This document shows, piece after piece, positions 38,468-51,781 of a stretch of 64,000 nt of DNA. The translations under genes were made by a program, and so were the position numbers. How positions within the stretch are numbered: the stretch's first letter is position 1; the number at the start of each line of letters is the position of its first letter. The stretch spans positions 233,182,001-233,246,000 of the forward strand of contig OZ024742.1 of assembly GCA_964016885.1 (NCBI GenBank), written 5' to 3'. The notes under the pieces were generated by a model that saw nothing but the letters and a program-made list of their open reading frames with translations, was not told the DNA's origin and did no database searches. This stretch comes from Eledone cirrhosa (Eukaryota).

Positions 38468-39775
38468 ATAATAATAATAATAATGAAATTATTGTGTAAA
38501 GTGCTCAGGTGCACTACAACTCGTCAATATAGTACATAGAATAATACACAAATGTCAGGGAAGTACATGTTTGTATGTGTTAGCTGTAGTGTTGGCGGAT
38601 CTCGGGAAGCACGGAGGCCTTAAAGGATGCAGTGTCTCGACAGCTAACAACTGATGCAGGTAGTTTGTTCCATGCTTCAGCAACTCTGAGCGTGAAAAAA
38701 TGTTTCCGAAAGTCATGGGAACTGTGCTGTTTTCTTACTTTGTGGGCATGTCCACGTGTGTTAGACACCTGGAAATCGAAAAGGTACTCGGGGTTGTTGT
38801 TGGCAACATGGTTAACAATTTTGTGGGTGTTCACCAAGTCAGTTGCCAGGCGTCGGAGCTTCAATGAATCCATGCCCAGGGAAGCAAGGCGCTCAGAGTA
38901 TGGTAGATGCCTGATGGAGGGTATTCGCTTGGTTGCACGTCTCTGAACAGTTTCCAGGCGGTCAATGTCCCGAGCAAGATAGGGGTTCCAGACTGGTGAT
39001 GCAAATTCTAAGTGTGGTCGCACCATAGCTGTATACAGCCTTAAATAGAAATCTGGAGAGCGGCTGACAAAGGTCTTGCTGAGTGATGCTAAGACACCCT
39101 CGGCCCTCTTGACAATTTTAGAGACGTGCCTCGTCCAACGCAAATCGCTGCTGACCGTAATGCCCAGGTCACGTTCACAGGAAGACTTCTTGATATTAGT
39201 GCTGTGGAGGGAGTATGTGGACGCTGGGTTTTTACTCCCGAAATGCATGGTGGTGCACTTGTCCACAGCTAGCTTGAGTTGCCAGTCTGAGATCCACTGT
39301 TGCATTGTGTCCAGGTCAGACTGCAAGCAAGATCTATAGTGTTCAGGATCTGTCCTTTTTATCTCAAGGTACAGCTTGATGTCGTCTGCGTAATTTAGTA
39401 CTGTGGCATTCCTTAAGTTGGCATCTATGTCATTAATATATGCCACAAACAAAAGGGGGCCAAGAACAGATCCCTGAGGTACACCAGATGACATCTCATA
39501 TGGTGAGGAATGCTGTCCCAGAACCGTGACTACCTCTCTTCGACTGAGAATGAAGGACTTCAACCAGTTAAAAAGATCATCCTTCACACCCATTGCAGAG
39601 AGTTTTGCCATAAGCCTTTTGTGTGGCACAGAATTGAAGGCCTTCGCAAAGTCAAGGTAAACAACATCCACCTATGAGCCGCCATCAGTGATCCGGGTGA
39701 TGTCCTCAAGAAACTCTATAAGTTGATCACAGCAGCTGGAGTTGGGGATAAATCCAAATTGTCATTGGAGCTACA
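38468..39775 (-). mobile_element. 5'-truncated CR1-like LINE with an uninterrupted 363-codon RT C-terminal ORF (38580-39671)
   Basis: VYLDFAKAF, SGVPQGSVLGPLLF, YADD, DLGI, RPHLEFASPVWNP, FFTLRVAEAWNKLP; (ATT)n 3' tail. Confidence 0.95.
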
Positions 39776-39874
39776 GGTTATATACCAACCTGCCTGGATC
39801 AAAGTATAACTGAGATGGTCCAGGGACGCTGGGGCCTAAGGGGGTGGTTGTGCGCGGCGGTATATATATATATA

Positions 39875-40006
39875 TAGGAACCAGTAGGACCCCGACGGCT
39901 GAGCTCAAGCCGTTTCGACGGCTAATTCAGCACCATGCGAAAACACAGTCCAGAATTAGCCGTCGAAACGGCTTGAGCTCAGCCGTCGGGGTCCTACTCG
40001 TTCCTA
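39875..40006. repeat. 54-bp-arm palindrome (1 mismatch, 24-nt loop)
   Basis: TAGGAACCAGTAGGACCCCGACGGCTGAGCTCAAGCCGTTTCGACGGCTAATTC followed by its reverse complement. Confidence 0.95.
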
Positions 40007-40083
40007 TTACCCACTCTACTACCCTAAGTATTGAGTACTTTGGTGCGTTATGGTCCATCTGGTTCCTTACCACATTTCCTTCG

Positions 40084-40122
<39 letters not shown>

Positions 40123-40715
40123 TAGTAAAATAAAAAAATATAAAATATTCATTTATACATAGTATATATTATATTAAAATTTTATTAAATTATTAATTAT
40201 ATATAAATTAACGATTTTATTTATTATATATTATTTACAATTTGCGTTTTCGTGGCAGGTCTGGCTGGAAATAGGGTTGGTGGCTTTAAGGGTATTACAT
40301 AGCTGCAGGTGAGGCCGGTGGCCGAAAAGGTTTGAGAACCTCTGTTCTAGAATGTTTTAATAAAATTAGAGAATAACATACGCAGCGAGGAATAAAATAA
40401 ACATTAGTCGATAACATTAACTATGGGAGACAACTGCGGCAGTAGTTTAAGTATTAAGAGCAAACGAATTGTTAATGTAAATATGTACACATTTTGTGTA
40501 GGAAAAATATAATTGTTTCTTGTTTCAAAATTAAATAATTCTGAGACACCATTACCGTAGTAGTAGGATGTAAGTAGATATCAGTATATTTTATTCGAGG
40601 TTGACTTTGCCTTTCATCCTTACGGGGTCGATAAAATAAAGTACCAGTAATGCACTGGGTAATTGCTGGCCTTGTGCCTAAAGTAGAAACAAGTATATTT
40701 TATTATGCTTTAGGT

Positions 40716-41229
40716 CAGAGGTTCTCGAAATTTTGGACCCCCCCCCCCCGTCACGACCACGTAATACCCTTAACGCCCCCACCGCTATTTCTTTCCAGAG
40801 AGAACTGCCTCCACGCAAATTGTAAATAATATATAATAAATAAAATCATTAATTTATATATAATAAATAATATAATATATACTATGTATAGATAAATATA
40901 TATATATATTTTTTTTATTTTACTATATTTATATATAATTGTTTCTACTATTGGCACAAGGCCAGAAATTACCCAGTACATTACTGGTACTTTTATTTTT
41001 ATCGACCCCGTAAGGATGAAAGGCAAAGTCAACCTCGGCGGGATTTGAACTCAGATCGTAAAGGGACGTAACTATGCTGGAAAGCATGGCGTCCGACCCT
41101 CTACCGATACTGCCAATCCACCGATGTATCATTTGATATTTGATATACTATTATATTATTTCTACCGCCCTTATGCCCCAGCGCCCCCTGGACCTTCTCA
41201 CCCCCCCCCCCCCAGGTTGAGAAACTCTG
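40716..41229. mobile_element. hAT-type MITE with nested SINE (40936-41123, minus strand)
   Basis: TIRs CAGAGGTTCTC and GAGAAACTCTG; TSD CTTTAGGT/CTTTAGAT; same family at ~37845-38091 and ~39810-40343. Confidence 0.8.
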
Positions 41230-42238
41230 CTTTAGATTATAATATTTTATTCCTTGAATATACTGATACGTACTTTACTGCAGTTATTGTTTAATCATCC
41301 ATGATCGAGCAGACCTACAATCTAAGATGTTCCGGTCGTTGCTCTCCTATCTTTTTCAATATCATGGATTACACTGTCAAATGTGTCCCTTATCATTTAT
41401 CAAATCAAACGTAGAGGCAGGGCCTATGAGAGGGGGGTCCTGCCGGTACTTTGTTCTGGGACCCAAGAGCTAAGAAAGTCCCACAGAAACCATGCAACAT
41501 CAATTTTGAGAAAAATCTTTACCTGCTTCGGTCCCCAAAGGGGTCTTGTACCGCCTTAGAAAATTTCTTTCGGAGGTCCTGCGTAGAAGCCCTTTCGTTG
41601 GTTTATCTCAGGATTATTTAACTTTTTAAATAAATTCATCTAAAACAAAGCATTCAATACTAAGAATGCCCAAAGAAACTTTATTTGGAAGAATTACTGC
41701 AATTTGCCACTGTTAAAACATATCTCCAGTATTTTTCCCAAACGAAAGTAAAAACTAAAATAATTTCTTCCATAACGGCATGCTTTAACATAATCGGTAG
41801 GGTGACGGACAAAAACAACCAAAAATAAAACAAAGACGCCGTAGTCACTAGGGCGGAAATTTCGGAAGCGGGGAACAGTTATATCTACCTCATTATTTGA
41901 ATGGTGTTCTATTTTATTGACCGCAGAAGGAGGAAAAGCAAAGTTGATCTCAGCGGTATTTGAACTTGGAATGTAAAAAAAACGGTACAAATAATTGTTT
42001 CTACTTTTGACACAAGGCCAGAAATTTGAAGGGAAGGGAAAAGTTAATTAAATTGAGGCCAACGCATTACTGCTATTTTATTTGGTGTTATTTTTTCAGT
42101 GTGCGGCCTACCAAGCTATTAACACTTTAGAGTGCGGTCTACCTGCACTTTTATACCTCAGTGTGCAGCATAACCCCCACTACAAGAATCTTATATTGCA
42201 GTATGATAAAAACAAGTTTAATAATAATTTATTATTAA

Positions 42239-42421
42239 TGGCAGTATCGGTAGAGGGTCGGATGCCATGCTTTGACTCATAGAGTTACGGCCCTTGCCAT
42301 TCTGAGTTCAAATCCCGCCGAGGTTAACTTTGCCTTTCATCCTTACGGGGTCGATGAAATAAAGTGCCAGTCATGTACTGGATAATTGCTGGCCTTGTGC
42401 CAAAACTAGAAACAATTATTA
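42239..42421 (+). mobile_element. tRNA-derived SINE copy
   Basis: Consensus match with TTATTAATG target duplication. Confidence 0.9.
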
Positions 42422-42567
42422 ATGACATACACTTAATCATACCAAAAATAACAACCGGAATCATAATAATCACAAAAAGACTAAATAGTACATTAATAGT
42501 CATCATTATGATGGAATTTATCAATGCTTCATAACTGACAGAAACAATTTAAACTGAAATCTTTTAA

Positions 42568-42818
42568 TTAACGATACACACTTCGTATATCAGTTATGAA
42601 TGCCACAAACAAATCTGTTGCATCTTGTCTCAGTACTTTCCAACAAAAATTATCTCTCGTTTTCTTTAAAATCCTTGTTTTCGAATTTAACCATGATCGT
42701 TCACTAGCCTGAGTGTGTGCTCCTGTCACTGGATTCACATAATGTTCTTGATAATTCATCATAAGATGGCGATAACCCATGGTATTTAGATTACCATATG
42801 CAGGCCATTCATTCGAAC
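42568..42818 (-). mobile_element. Merlin (IS1016/ISXO2-like) transposase fragment
   Basis: EWPAYGNL..MGYRHLMMNY...YVNPVTGAHTQASERSW...K fits the Merlin D.W.AY..L...GY.H..VNH...VDP.TG.HTQ.IE..W motif. Confidence 0.75.
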
Positions 42819-43298
42819 CGTTTTCACATTGTTTCCCCGTAAAAAATACAACTGTTAGTATTGCTTTTCCTCCTTACGCAGTCAATAAAATAAATTACCA
42901 GTAACGCTCTAGGGTTGATTTAATCGACTTTTCCATTCCCTTCCCTTTAAATTGCTGGCCTTCAAATAGGTATTTTATCCGACGATCTACCAATTCTACC
43001 ACGCAGATTTGATAAAATAAGTACCAGTTGAGTACTGTGTTGATTGAATCAGGCCTATAAAACAGGATGATCAGCCGGTATATTGTTCCGGCCATGGAGG
43101 GTTCTATGAATAGTAGGCGTCATACAAAGTTTTTTTCAGAGATCCTGCCTATTCTCTACATAAGGCCAGGACCTATATCAGAAACCGAATATAAAAGTTT
43201 TATTATAAATATGATCTACAATCCTCAGCCCAAAGCTGTCACTGAGCCTTAAAAATTAAAAGTTTGGTGTAGAAAAAATGAATGAATAATAACATTGA

Positions 43299-43472
<174 letters not shown>

Positions 43473-43560
43473 TAGAAGCATTCAACAATTTTATTAAAAC
43501 TTATTTGTAATATAGATATTTTTACACTTAATTACTTCACACATCCACGGATGCAAAACC

Positions 43561-43907
43561 AGACCTGTCAACTCTCCCCGTCCAACGGAGAGATCTTCCA
43601 CCCACATCGGGGGTGGGTGAGGGATGTCTTCTCGTGAAAATGGGTATAGCTTTCATTATGTAAAAGTATTGGCAGTATCGGTAGAGGGTCGGACGCCATG
43701 CTTTGCAGCACAGTTACGCCCCTTTACAGTCTGAGTTCAAATCCCGCCGAGGTTAACTTTGCCTTTCATCCTTACGGGGTCGATAAAATAAAGTACCAGT
43801 AATGCACTGGGTAATTGCTGGCCTTGTACCTAAAGTAGAAACAATTATGTAAAATCTTCTCATTTACCTCAATTCTCCCCGTTGGGTTTTCAGAGGTTGG
43901 CAGGTCT
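43561..43907. mobile_element. hAT-type MITE with nested SINE (43668-43848)
   Basis: TIRs AGACCTGTCAACTCT and AGAGGTTGGCAGGTCT; perfect 8-bp TSD GCAAAACC; SINE flanked by ATTATGTAAAA. Confidence 0.85.
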
Positions 43908-45699
43908 GCAAAACCTTCGACACATCATGAGTGTCGTATCTCGGAGACACTGAGTGTTTCGGATCTTACGCCCTCATCCAGGTGACCCTACTGAGGACGA
44001 TCAAGTCTCAGTCTCAGTCCAAGTACAATACAAAGTATTGACCCCACCGTGATTTTTGTTCAGCCATAGCTATCTAGATGGCCTTTCTGTTGCTTCCACC
44101 TTGTTTATTTTTTATGGTTCTTCTTCTGTTTGCTCCCGTTAATATAGTATCTTATATTATAATTTATTCAATTAATTAAAATTGTTATATATAATCACAT
44201 AATCATTAAACTCACAAGCAACGTATACATATAAATATTTCATTCTGTTACTTCTTTACATACTTGCATGCATACACACATGCACACACACATGCACATA
44301 TACATACATACATAGCTGGTGCCTTCAAAATTTGCAAAACATTCTTGCGATTCAAGGGATGACAATTTCTTTTCTTTTACAACCTTGCCACCAGGAAGGT
44401 GGCCGGTCAAAAAAAATACTCGAAATTAAGAGAAAGAGAAACATACATACGCGCGCGCATACACACACACATACACATATACACACACACATATATATAA
44501 GAGAGAGAGAGAGAGAGAGTGAAAGAAAGAACGTGTATGTGTGTGTGTAATTTAATCCAATGCTGATTGAGCAGACTTTATGATCAAATACGTTCCCGTC
44601 ATGATTATCTCTTATTTTGTCAGTTACAGTATATAAAGAACATACTGTTCAAATATATCATTCCTTTTGTAAGTTTGTACGGTATAATTTGAGAGAAATG
44701 TGTCTACAATATCTAGGAAACCAGCCGACCACGGACAGGCTCCTTTGTTGGGTTATATGTGTGTGTGCATTTTTTTCTTCTTGGTTGTATATAAATTTCA
44801 ATGATAACACACACTCGTAGATTTGATTTCTAATAGCACTGTTAAATATATATAAAGTAATAATGAAATGAAAATTATTGCGTACAGTGTCCAGGTGCAC
44901 TACAACAAAATGGACACTAGCATCCAGCTATTTCATTTACATCTCTGTCAACCTGGGGCCACTTATTTGTGAGTTTGGGGAAGGTTAACAGTCGAAAATA
45001 CCCCCAAACCAACCAAAAACTGGTTCATTTATTTCTTCATCAAAGATATTTTTTTAAAAAATATATTTTGTGTCGTCTGCGCATAAACGATCTTTTAAAA
45101 AATCTTTTTATCTCAATATTTCAATGGTAAACTTAGTTTTAATGTAATTTAACCGAAGTAATGTTATATAAACAATGAGTTGATGTGTATCGCAAGACTT
45201 TTACTAAGTGTAACTTTAACAGTCGATTGATGACGCTAATCTCTAATTTCATTATTTAATAGATGAAGCTGTTAGGTGACCTTCTTAACTTTTGGCAATA
45301 TAATTCAGATGTGAAGCGTCTTTCACATTTATGTAACTGGTGTTTGTGTGTCGACAGAGGTCGTAAACATCAGCAACCTATACCATTGTTACCTCAATGA
45401 TACAACCACGGACAGTGTAAAAACAGGGGCGGTGGGACTGGGGGTGCATGCCTCTCTGCCATAATTATATTTTTCTCCCCAAACTACCAAAAACACACAT
45501 CTATTTGTATATACGCTACAGTTTATATACATGTTATGTTTATCGCATATCGAAGTTATTTTTATATCTTAGTTGATATTTGATAATAACAGCTAAACTA
45601 ATCACAACTAAATTGACCAAATTTGCCCCCTCCCCTCCCGATTCAGAAATGTTTCCACCACCCCTGTAGGAAGACGCTCTCTGGCACTCAGAACCACAA

Positions 45700-45915
45700 G
45701 CACAAGCCCCCCTCGTGGTCCCTTTGGACAGAATGGAAAAATGTTACCCCGGAGGAAGGCAAGGGTGTCGCGTTGAAATAGCCATTCCAATCCATGGGGT
45801 TCACTTCTGCGGATGACCGACCAACTCCACTTCGATAGCAGACTAGAGATGTGGTACGGGGACCAAAAATGCCAGAAGTCTCTACCGCTATAGGTTCAAC
45901 GACAAAACTGTTTGT
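45700..45915 (-). mobile_element. CRE-like non-LTR 3' fragment
   Basis: FVVEPIAVETSG...EPHGLEWLFQRDTLAFLRGN; homologous to 700-985. Confidence 0.6.
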
Positions 45916-46400
45916 TACTAACTTTCATTGTTTATAGTTGACTATTTTCTTGTGTTTAACCCATTCAGACAAAGTGTGTTGTTGTTGCCGTTACTGTTCA
46001 AGCGAAAGTCAATCCTTGATCAAACGCTATTACAGCCGTGAACATTCCATATTTTGAAGGTCATCTAGAACTATAATACTTTTTTCTCGGATGGTAGAGT
46101 GTAATGTAAAGAAGACATGGCTGCTATTTTTAACAAATCAAGCTTCCACGCAGAGGCTTTCTCACGCATGCATTGTTTAGTTATCTCCCTTTGTTCATCT
46201 CTCTATTATCAACAACATCGATGTTACTGTTTTGTTTAACCTAATGTAGACCCTGGTCGAGTAGATAATCGATTGAAATTATTCCGACCATGTTTAACCA
46301 GGGATTTCCGGTACCGGCATAGTGTGTCCTTCCTTTTTTTTTTATTTTTTTTATTTTTTATTTTTTTTAAAGATTGCAGTGTGTGATTTGACTGTTGGTC

Positions 46401-47040
46401 GATTGGCAGTATCGGTAGAGGGTCGGACGCCATGCTTTCACGTATAGAGTTACGCCCCTTTATGATCTGAGTTCAAATCCCGCCGAGGTTAACTTTGCCT
46501 TTCATCCTTACGGGGTCGATAAAATAAAGTACCAGTAATGCACTGGGATAATTACTGGCCTTGTGCCAAAAGTAGAAACAATTATATTAGGTGTATGAAT
46601 GGACGGTGGATTGGTAGAGAGTCGCACACCATGCTTTGAAGCATAAAGTTACGCCCCTTTACGGTCTGAGTTCAAATCCCGCCGAGGTTAACTTTGCCTT
46701 TCATCCTTACGGGGTCGATAAAATAAAGTACCAGTAATACACTGGATAATTGCTAGCCTTGTGCCAAAAGTAGAAACAATTATATTAGATGTATGATGAT
46801 TAGGGTGTTGGATTAGCAGTATTGGTAGAGTTCAGACACCATGCTTCGCAGCATACAGTTACGTCCCCTTACGTTCTGAGTTCAAATCCCGTCGAGGTTA
46901 GCTTTGTCTTTCATCCATACTGGCTCGATAAAATAAACCACCAGTAATGTACTGATGTCGATTTAATCGACTTGCCCCTTCCCTCAAAACATTGTTGGCT
47001 TTGTGCCTAAATCAAAAACCATTATATTAGATGTATGATT
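46401..47040 (+). mobile_element. Three SINE copies in tandem
   Basis: SINEs at ~46401, 46604 and 46809, each followed by ATTATATTAG(A/G)TGTATGA. Confidence 0.9.
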
Positions 47041-48237
47041 GATGAAAAGTGAAATAATTCACGACTAGGAATGGAAAGCACCAACATTTTTTTTTCTGCT
47101 GTAAATATTAAACGAAAGACAACAATGTTTAATGGATATATATTGTAATGTACACATTTATGTACTTGCAAACAATATTGAAATTTACAGACAACAGAAA
47201 AAAAATGTGAAATAGATTATATTTAATCTCTATTTTTCCAAATATATTAGTTTCTAGTGTTAATTCTGTTCTTTAATATTTCCCAAACGTGTCTATATAG
47301 ATAAGAAGTTTGTTTTGGAACCATATGGTTTGGGTTTCAATTCCACTGCATCACATCCGAGACAAAGATCTTATACTATAGCATCGATTTCACCTAAGAC
47401 ATGAGAGTGAAATTAGGAAGCCGGAAACTGTACAGAGGCCTGTTGAATTGACAAGCCTATCACTTAGTTTAACCCTTTAGCATTTAAACCAACTGTATCC
47501 GGCCAGAATTCTCTCACCTCTTTCTATTCAAGCCGGCCGTAATTGGCCACTCATACTGATGTTAAGATATTATTCTCGAAATAAATATCAAAATCTCATA
47601 GATTCGATATCATGTGAGATAATTATGTGAGGTAAAGCCTTTACTGCAAAAACATAATAGTAAATATAAAGTAATGTAAATGATAATGGTTTAATACCAC
47701 CACCTAACCATTGATGCTTTTAGTTGAATGCACTCTGGGGTAAACTTAGGGGTCAAATTTTCAGTCTGTGGATAATCCATGAGTCATGGTTTCTTCCTTC
47801 CTTTTCCTACATTAGTCTGGCAATTTCTGAAAATATGGTCATTGGTGATGCAATTCATCCTCTGATTGAGCCATGTAAAAAAAAAAAAAAAAAAAAAAAT
47901 CCAAATTTCAATATAAAATATGTTGAAATAACTGATTATAAAAAGTAAATGGCTTTCTTACTCTAAATTCCAAACTATAGGAATATGTGGTGAATTGATT
48001 GTTAGTCATATGATAAGGGTAACTACAATTATGTGCTTTACCTAAGAAAAATATTTCACAATTACTGAAGTTATAGAGTCTTTTGGTACAAAATGTTGAT
48101 CACGCATAGATTTTATTTAATGATCTTCTCAGAAACAGGTGATAATATATGAATGTATTACAGAAATGTTGGTAATGTAATCAAATTTACAGTAGTTATG
48201 AGCACAAAACTCTCTAAGGTATTGCTTGAAGCTGTAT

Positions 48238-49275
48238 CTTCTTCTCCGCCTCCTCTCCTCAGAGGGTCCTATCAGAAGCAACTGTCTATAAGTGAGACAA
48301 ACTGAGCTAACCGATGTTATCCAACGATCTTCCTCGGGGTCTAACTCTGGGTCTCTTGCTTGTAAAATCTGCCCAATAATTCTTTCTTTAGGCATTCTAA
48401 CCACATGTCCATAGTATTGCAGCTGTGATCTCTTGGTTCATAGAAATAGTGACTCTCTCATCTCTGAGTTACACACCACATTGAGTAATATGACCCTTCG
48501 GAGGACCCTCATTTCTGCTACTTGTATTTGTGATTGTATTCTTTCAGTCATTACCAAAGATTCATGACCATGGTGGTATGAACACTGAATTGAAGCTAGT
48601 GAATTTAGCTTTTACACCTTCTTCTCCTCTTCTGATGACCAAGGGCTGAAGCTGGCCATTATTACACCAGCTCCAGCAACTCTTGGATTTAATTCAGCCT
48701 CCAGTTTTCTGTCACTTGTGAAAATGGCTCCAAGATACTTGAACTTTTCCACCTGATTCACTGAAACTCCACTCACTTGCAGAGTGCACTGTGCAGGCTT
48801 TCTTGAGAGGACAAGTGTTCAGTCTTTGCAGCACTGATTTTCATTCCTCCCATGCAACATGAGTTAAGTAGCAACATATTGTCCCCAAATATCAGCTGAC
48901 TAATCCTACACTCACTTGTTTAGATACCAATTCCAACTCAGCTGCAAATGTCAATCCTGTTCATGAAGATTATGAATAGAAGAGGTGACATTACACACCT
49001 TTGGCAGAGTCCAACACCCATATTGCATGGTTTCAGCTTAGCAACATTTAACCAAACATAAATACTAGGGCATTCATATAGGGACTTCAAGTCAACAGGA
49101 AGCTGTTCATTGATCCCATACTCTTGCAGAACCTTTCACAATGAAACCCATGGAATATTGATGATATGACTTTTCGAGCTCAATGAAACAAGCATACACC
49201 TCTTCGCAATACTCCCAAATTTCTCAAAGACCTGCCGCAGTGTGAATACTTGGTTGGCTGTGTTGCTTTTGGGGC
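48238..49275 (-). mobile_element. Degenerate RTE-clade LINE fragment
   Basis: WEY..EVYACF, VLQEYGI, GVGL.QRCVMSPLLFIIFM, QVEKFKYLG, IQVAEMRVLR, QLQYYGHVVRMP remnants; GAA-rich tail. Confidence 0.8.
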
Positions 49276-49364
49276 AAAAATATACATGCTGTATGTACAT
49301 TAGTAACAAGTACAATGTACATTATTATTTTCTTTGATTTCAAGGAAAAATAAGATTGGTTTAG

Positions 49365-49625
<261 letters not shown>

Positions 49626-51039
49626 TGAGTTTTATTTGGAAGAATTTTAAAGACTTTTTTAAAAAAGAATATTTATACATCAGTGTTATGATTCATTTCT
49701 ACCTCAACCAACACACTTTGAATCCTTATTGGTGTCATTGTTGTCATGGATTTTTTTCTCCATTGCCCTCTCCCCATTATGAAACATATTGTATTTGATG
49801 TTTAAAGAAAGTAAAGGTGGATCATGTTGAATGTCTTCGAAAAATTATGAAAAATAAAATAAAAAAATTATAAATTTCTGGTAATTAATGACTGATTTTG
49901 GAGAAACCTATAAGGAATGGTTTTCTAAAAAACAATATTTTAAAGATTATTCAGATAGCTTACTATGAACAAAAGAAATTACAGTCGATTCTAGATAGTG
50001 TTGCTGCAGTTTATCCTCAGGTCAACCCTGCTTGTATAAACCTATGACCAAAGATACTCCAGCCTTGATCATCATGTCTTTTTGTATATCAGGGACTAAA
50101 TTGTCCAATGTGACTTTCTTTTCTTAAGATGGTAGCATATGGATTGAGGCTGCTATTTCTAGCTGAGTGAGTGAGCTCATCGATGATTCCTTGTTGACTC
50201 ATATATGAATAGGTTGAATATTTAACCTAGATATTATTCATGAGAAAGAGAAGATTTAGTATAGGTGTATATTTTTAGGTGATTGAGTGAATTAGCAGTG
50301 CAGAAAAATGCAGCATGGCATTCTACAGAAAATATATGAAAAGTTCAGATCTTTGAAACAGAGCCAGATCAAAACCTTTTAAGTCCCTTATCACTTAAAA
50401 GATTATGGTGCTCCCCATATATAAATTCTGCAAAAAAGAGCTCAGCTCTTTGAATTAGAGTCAGATTGTCCTTTTAAGGCTTTGGGTCAATCCATATCTT
50501 ATGAGTGAAATTAGGTAGATGTTCGCAGTATGGAAACTTATGAAATGGATTGTACCTGTAATTTAAACATCCAGCCTTGTCACATTATTTTGTCATGCTG
50601 ATTGGGCTTAGAAATTACATGAAAGGTATACATGTGTCTGTGAAATACTCAGCCACTTATATGTAAATTCATGAGTTGGACATTCAGTTAATCAGTCAAC
50701 TGAATAATTAACGTTGAAAGTGAGGATTTATCAACACTTATCCTAAGTTAATGTAGAGTTACAGTTTACAGAAGCAAATGACTCAAACACTGATCCCAAA
50801 GTAAGATAAACTTTGTGCATAAAATTCACAAAGTGAAATAAATTAGTTAGCTGTGAGCAGAACCTGTTAAAGGAAAACATTATTAGAGTTCTCTTCTTTC
50901 TCATGGCGAATTAATGTATTTCCCCTTGTGAAATTTCAGTATTTACTATTCGTCAATGCAGACCATCTCTAGTTTCCCCCGAATTCTACTGTTTTACCCT
51001 ACATAAATTTTGGTTTTCTGTATTCTTCTAAATTGTTAA

Positions 51040-51243
<204 letters not shown>

Positions 51244-51477
51244 ATATAGAATGGGAAATGATTGTGGAGAAAAATGCAATTTTTACAAATAGCTAACAAA
51301 GTCCTATTTCTGTAATATTTCGATAACTTTTCAATTTTTCTCCATTAAAATTGGTTAAAAAGTTTCATTCAAAATTTGTTTTTCACTGAACTTCTTTTAC
51401 ATTTATAGATTATTTATTATTCGTTTCCTTACAGATCTTATATCATATATATAATTTAGAGGAAGAAACACATTTAA

Positions 51478-51781
51478 CCCTTTTGATACCAACCATCTTG
51501 AGACTGAATTGATTTTATGACACACAAAACAATTCTTGTTTTAAAGTGTTCATATTTTATGTAAGAACCTTTTGTTAAGTTATACACTAAGCATCATCTA
51601 AAAATGAAAACATTTTTTTTTACTAAATCACTCAAAAGTTGTCTCAAATCCCGTCGGGGTTAACTTTGCCTTTCATCCTTACTGGGTCGATAAAATAAAG
51701 TATCAGTAATGCACTGGGTATTTGCTGGCCTTGTGCCAAAAGTAGAAACAATTATTTTAAATGGTAGTAGTCACAAAAGGA
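51478..51781. mobile_element. piggyBac-like MITE with nested partial SINE (51644-51755)
   Basis: TTAA|CCCTTTTGATACC...GTCACAAAAGGA|TTAA. Confidence 0.5.

Noticed and set aside
43951-43984. Hammerhead-like CUGGAUGA...CCGAAAC on the minus strand
   Set aside because: Core has an extra G, stem II is weak and stems I/III do not form convincingly.
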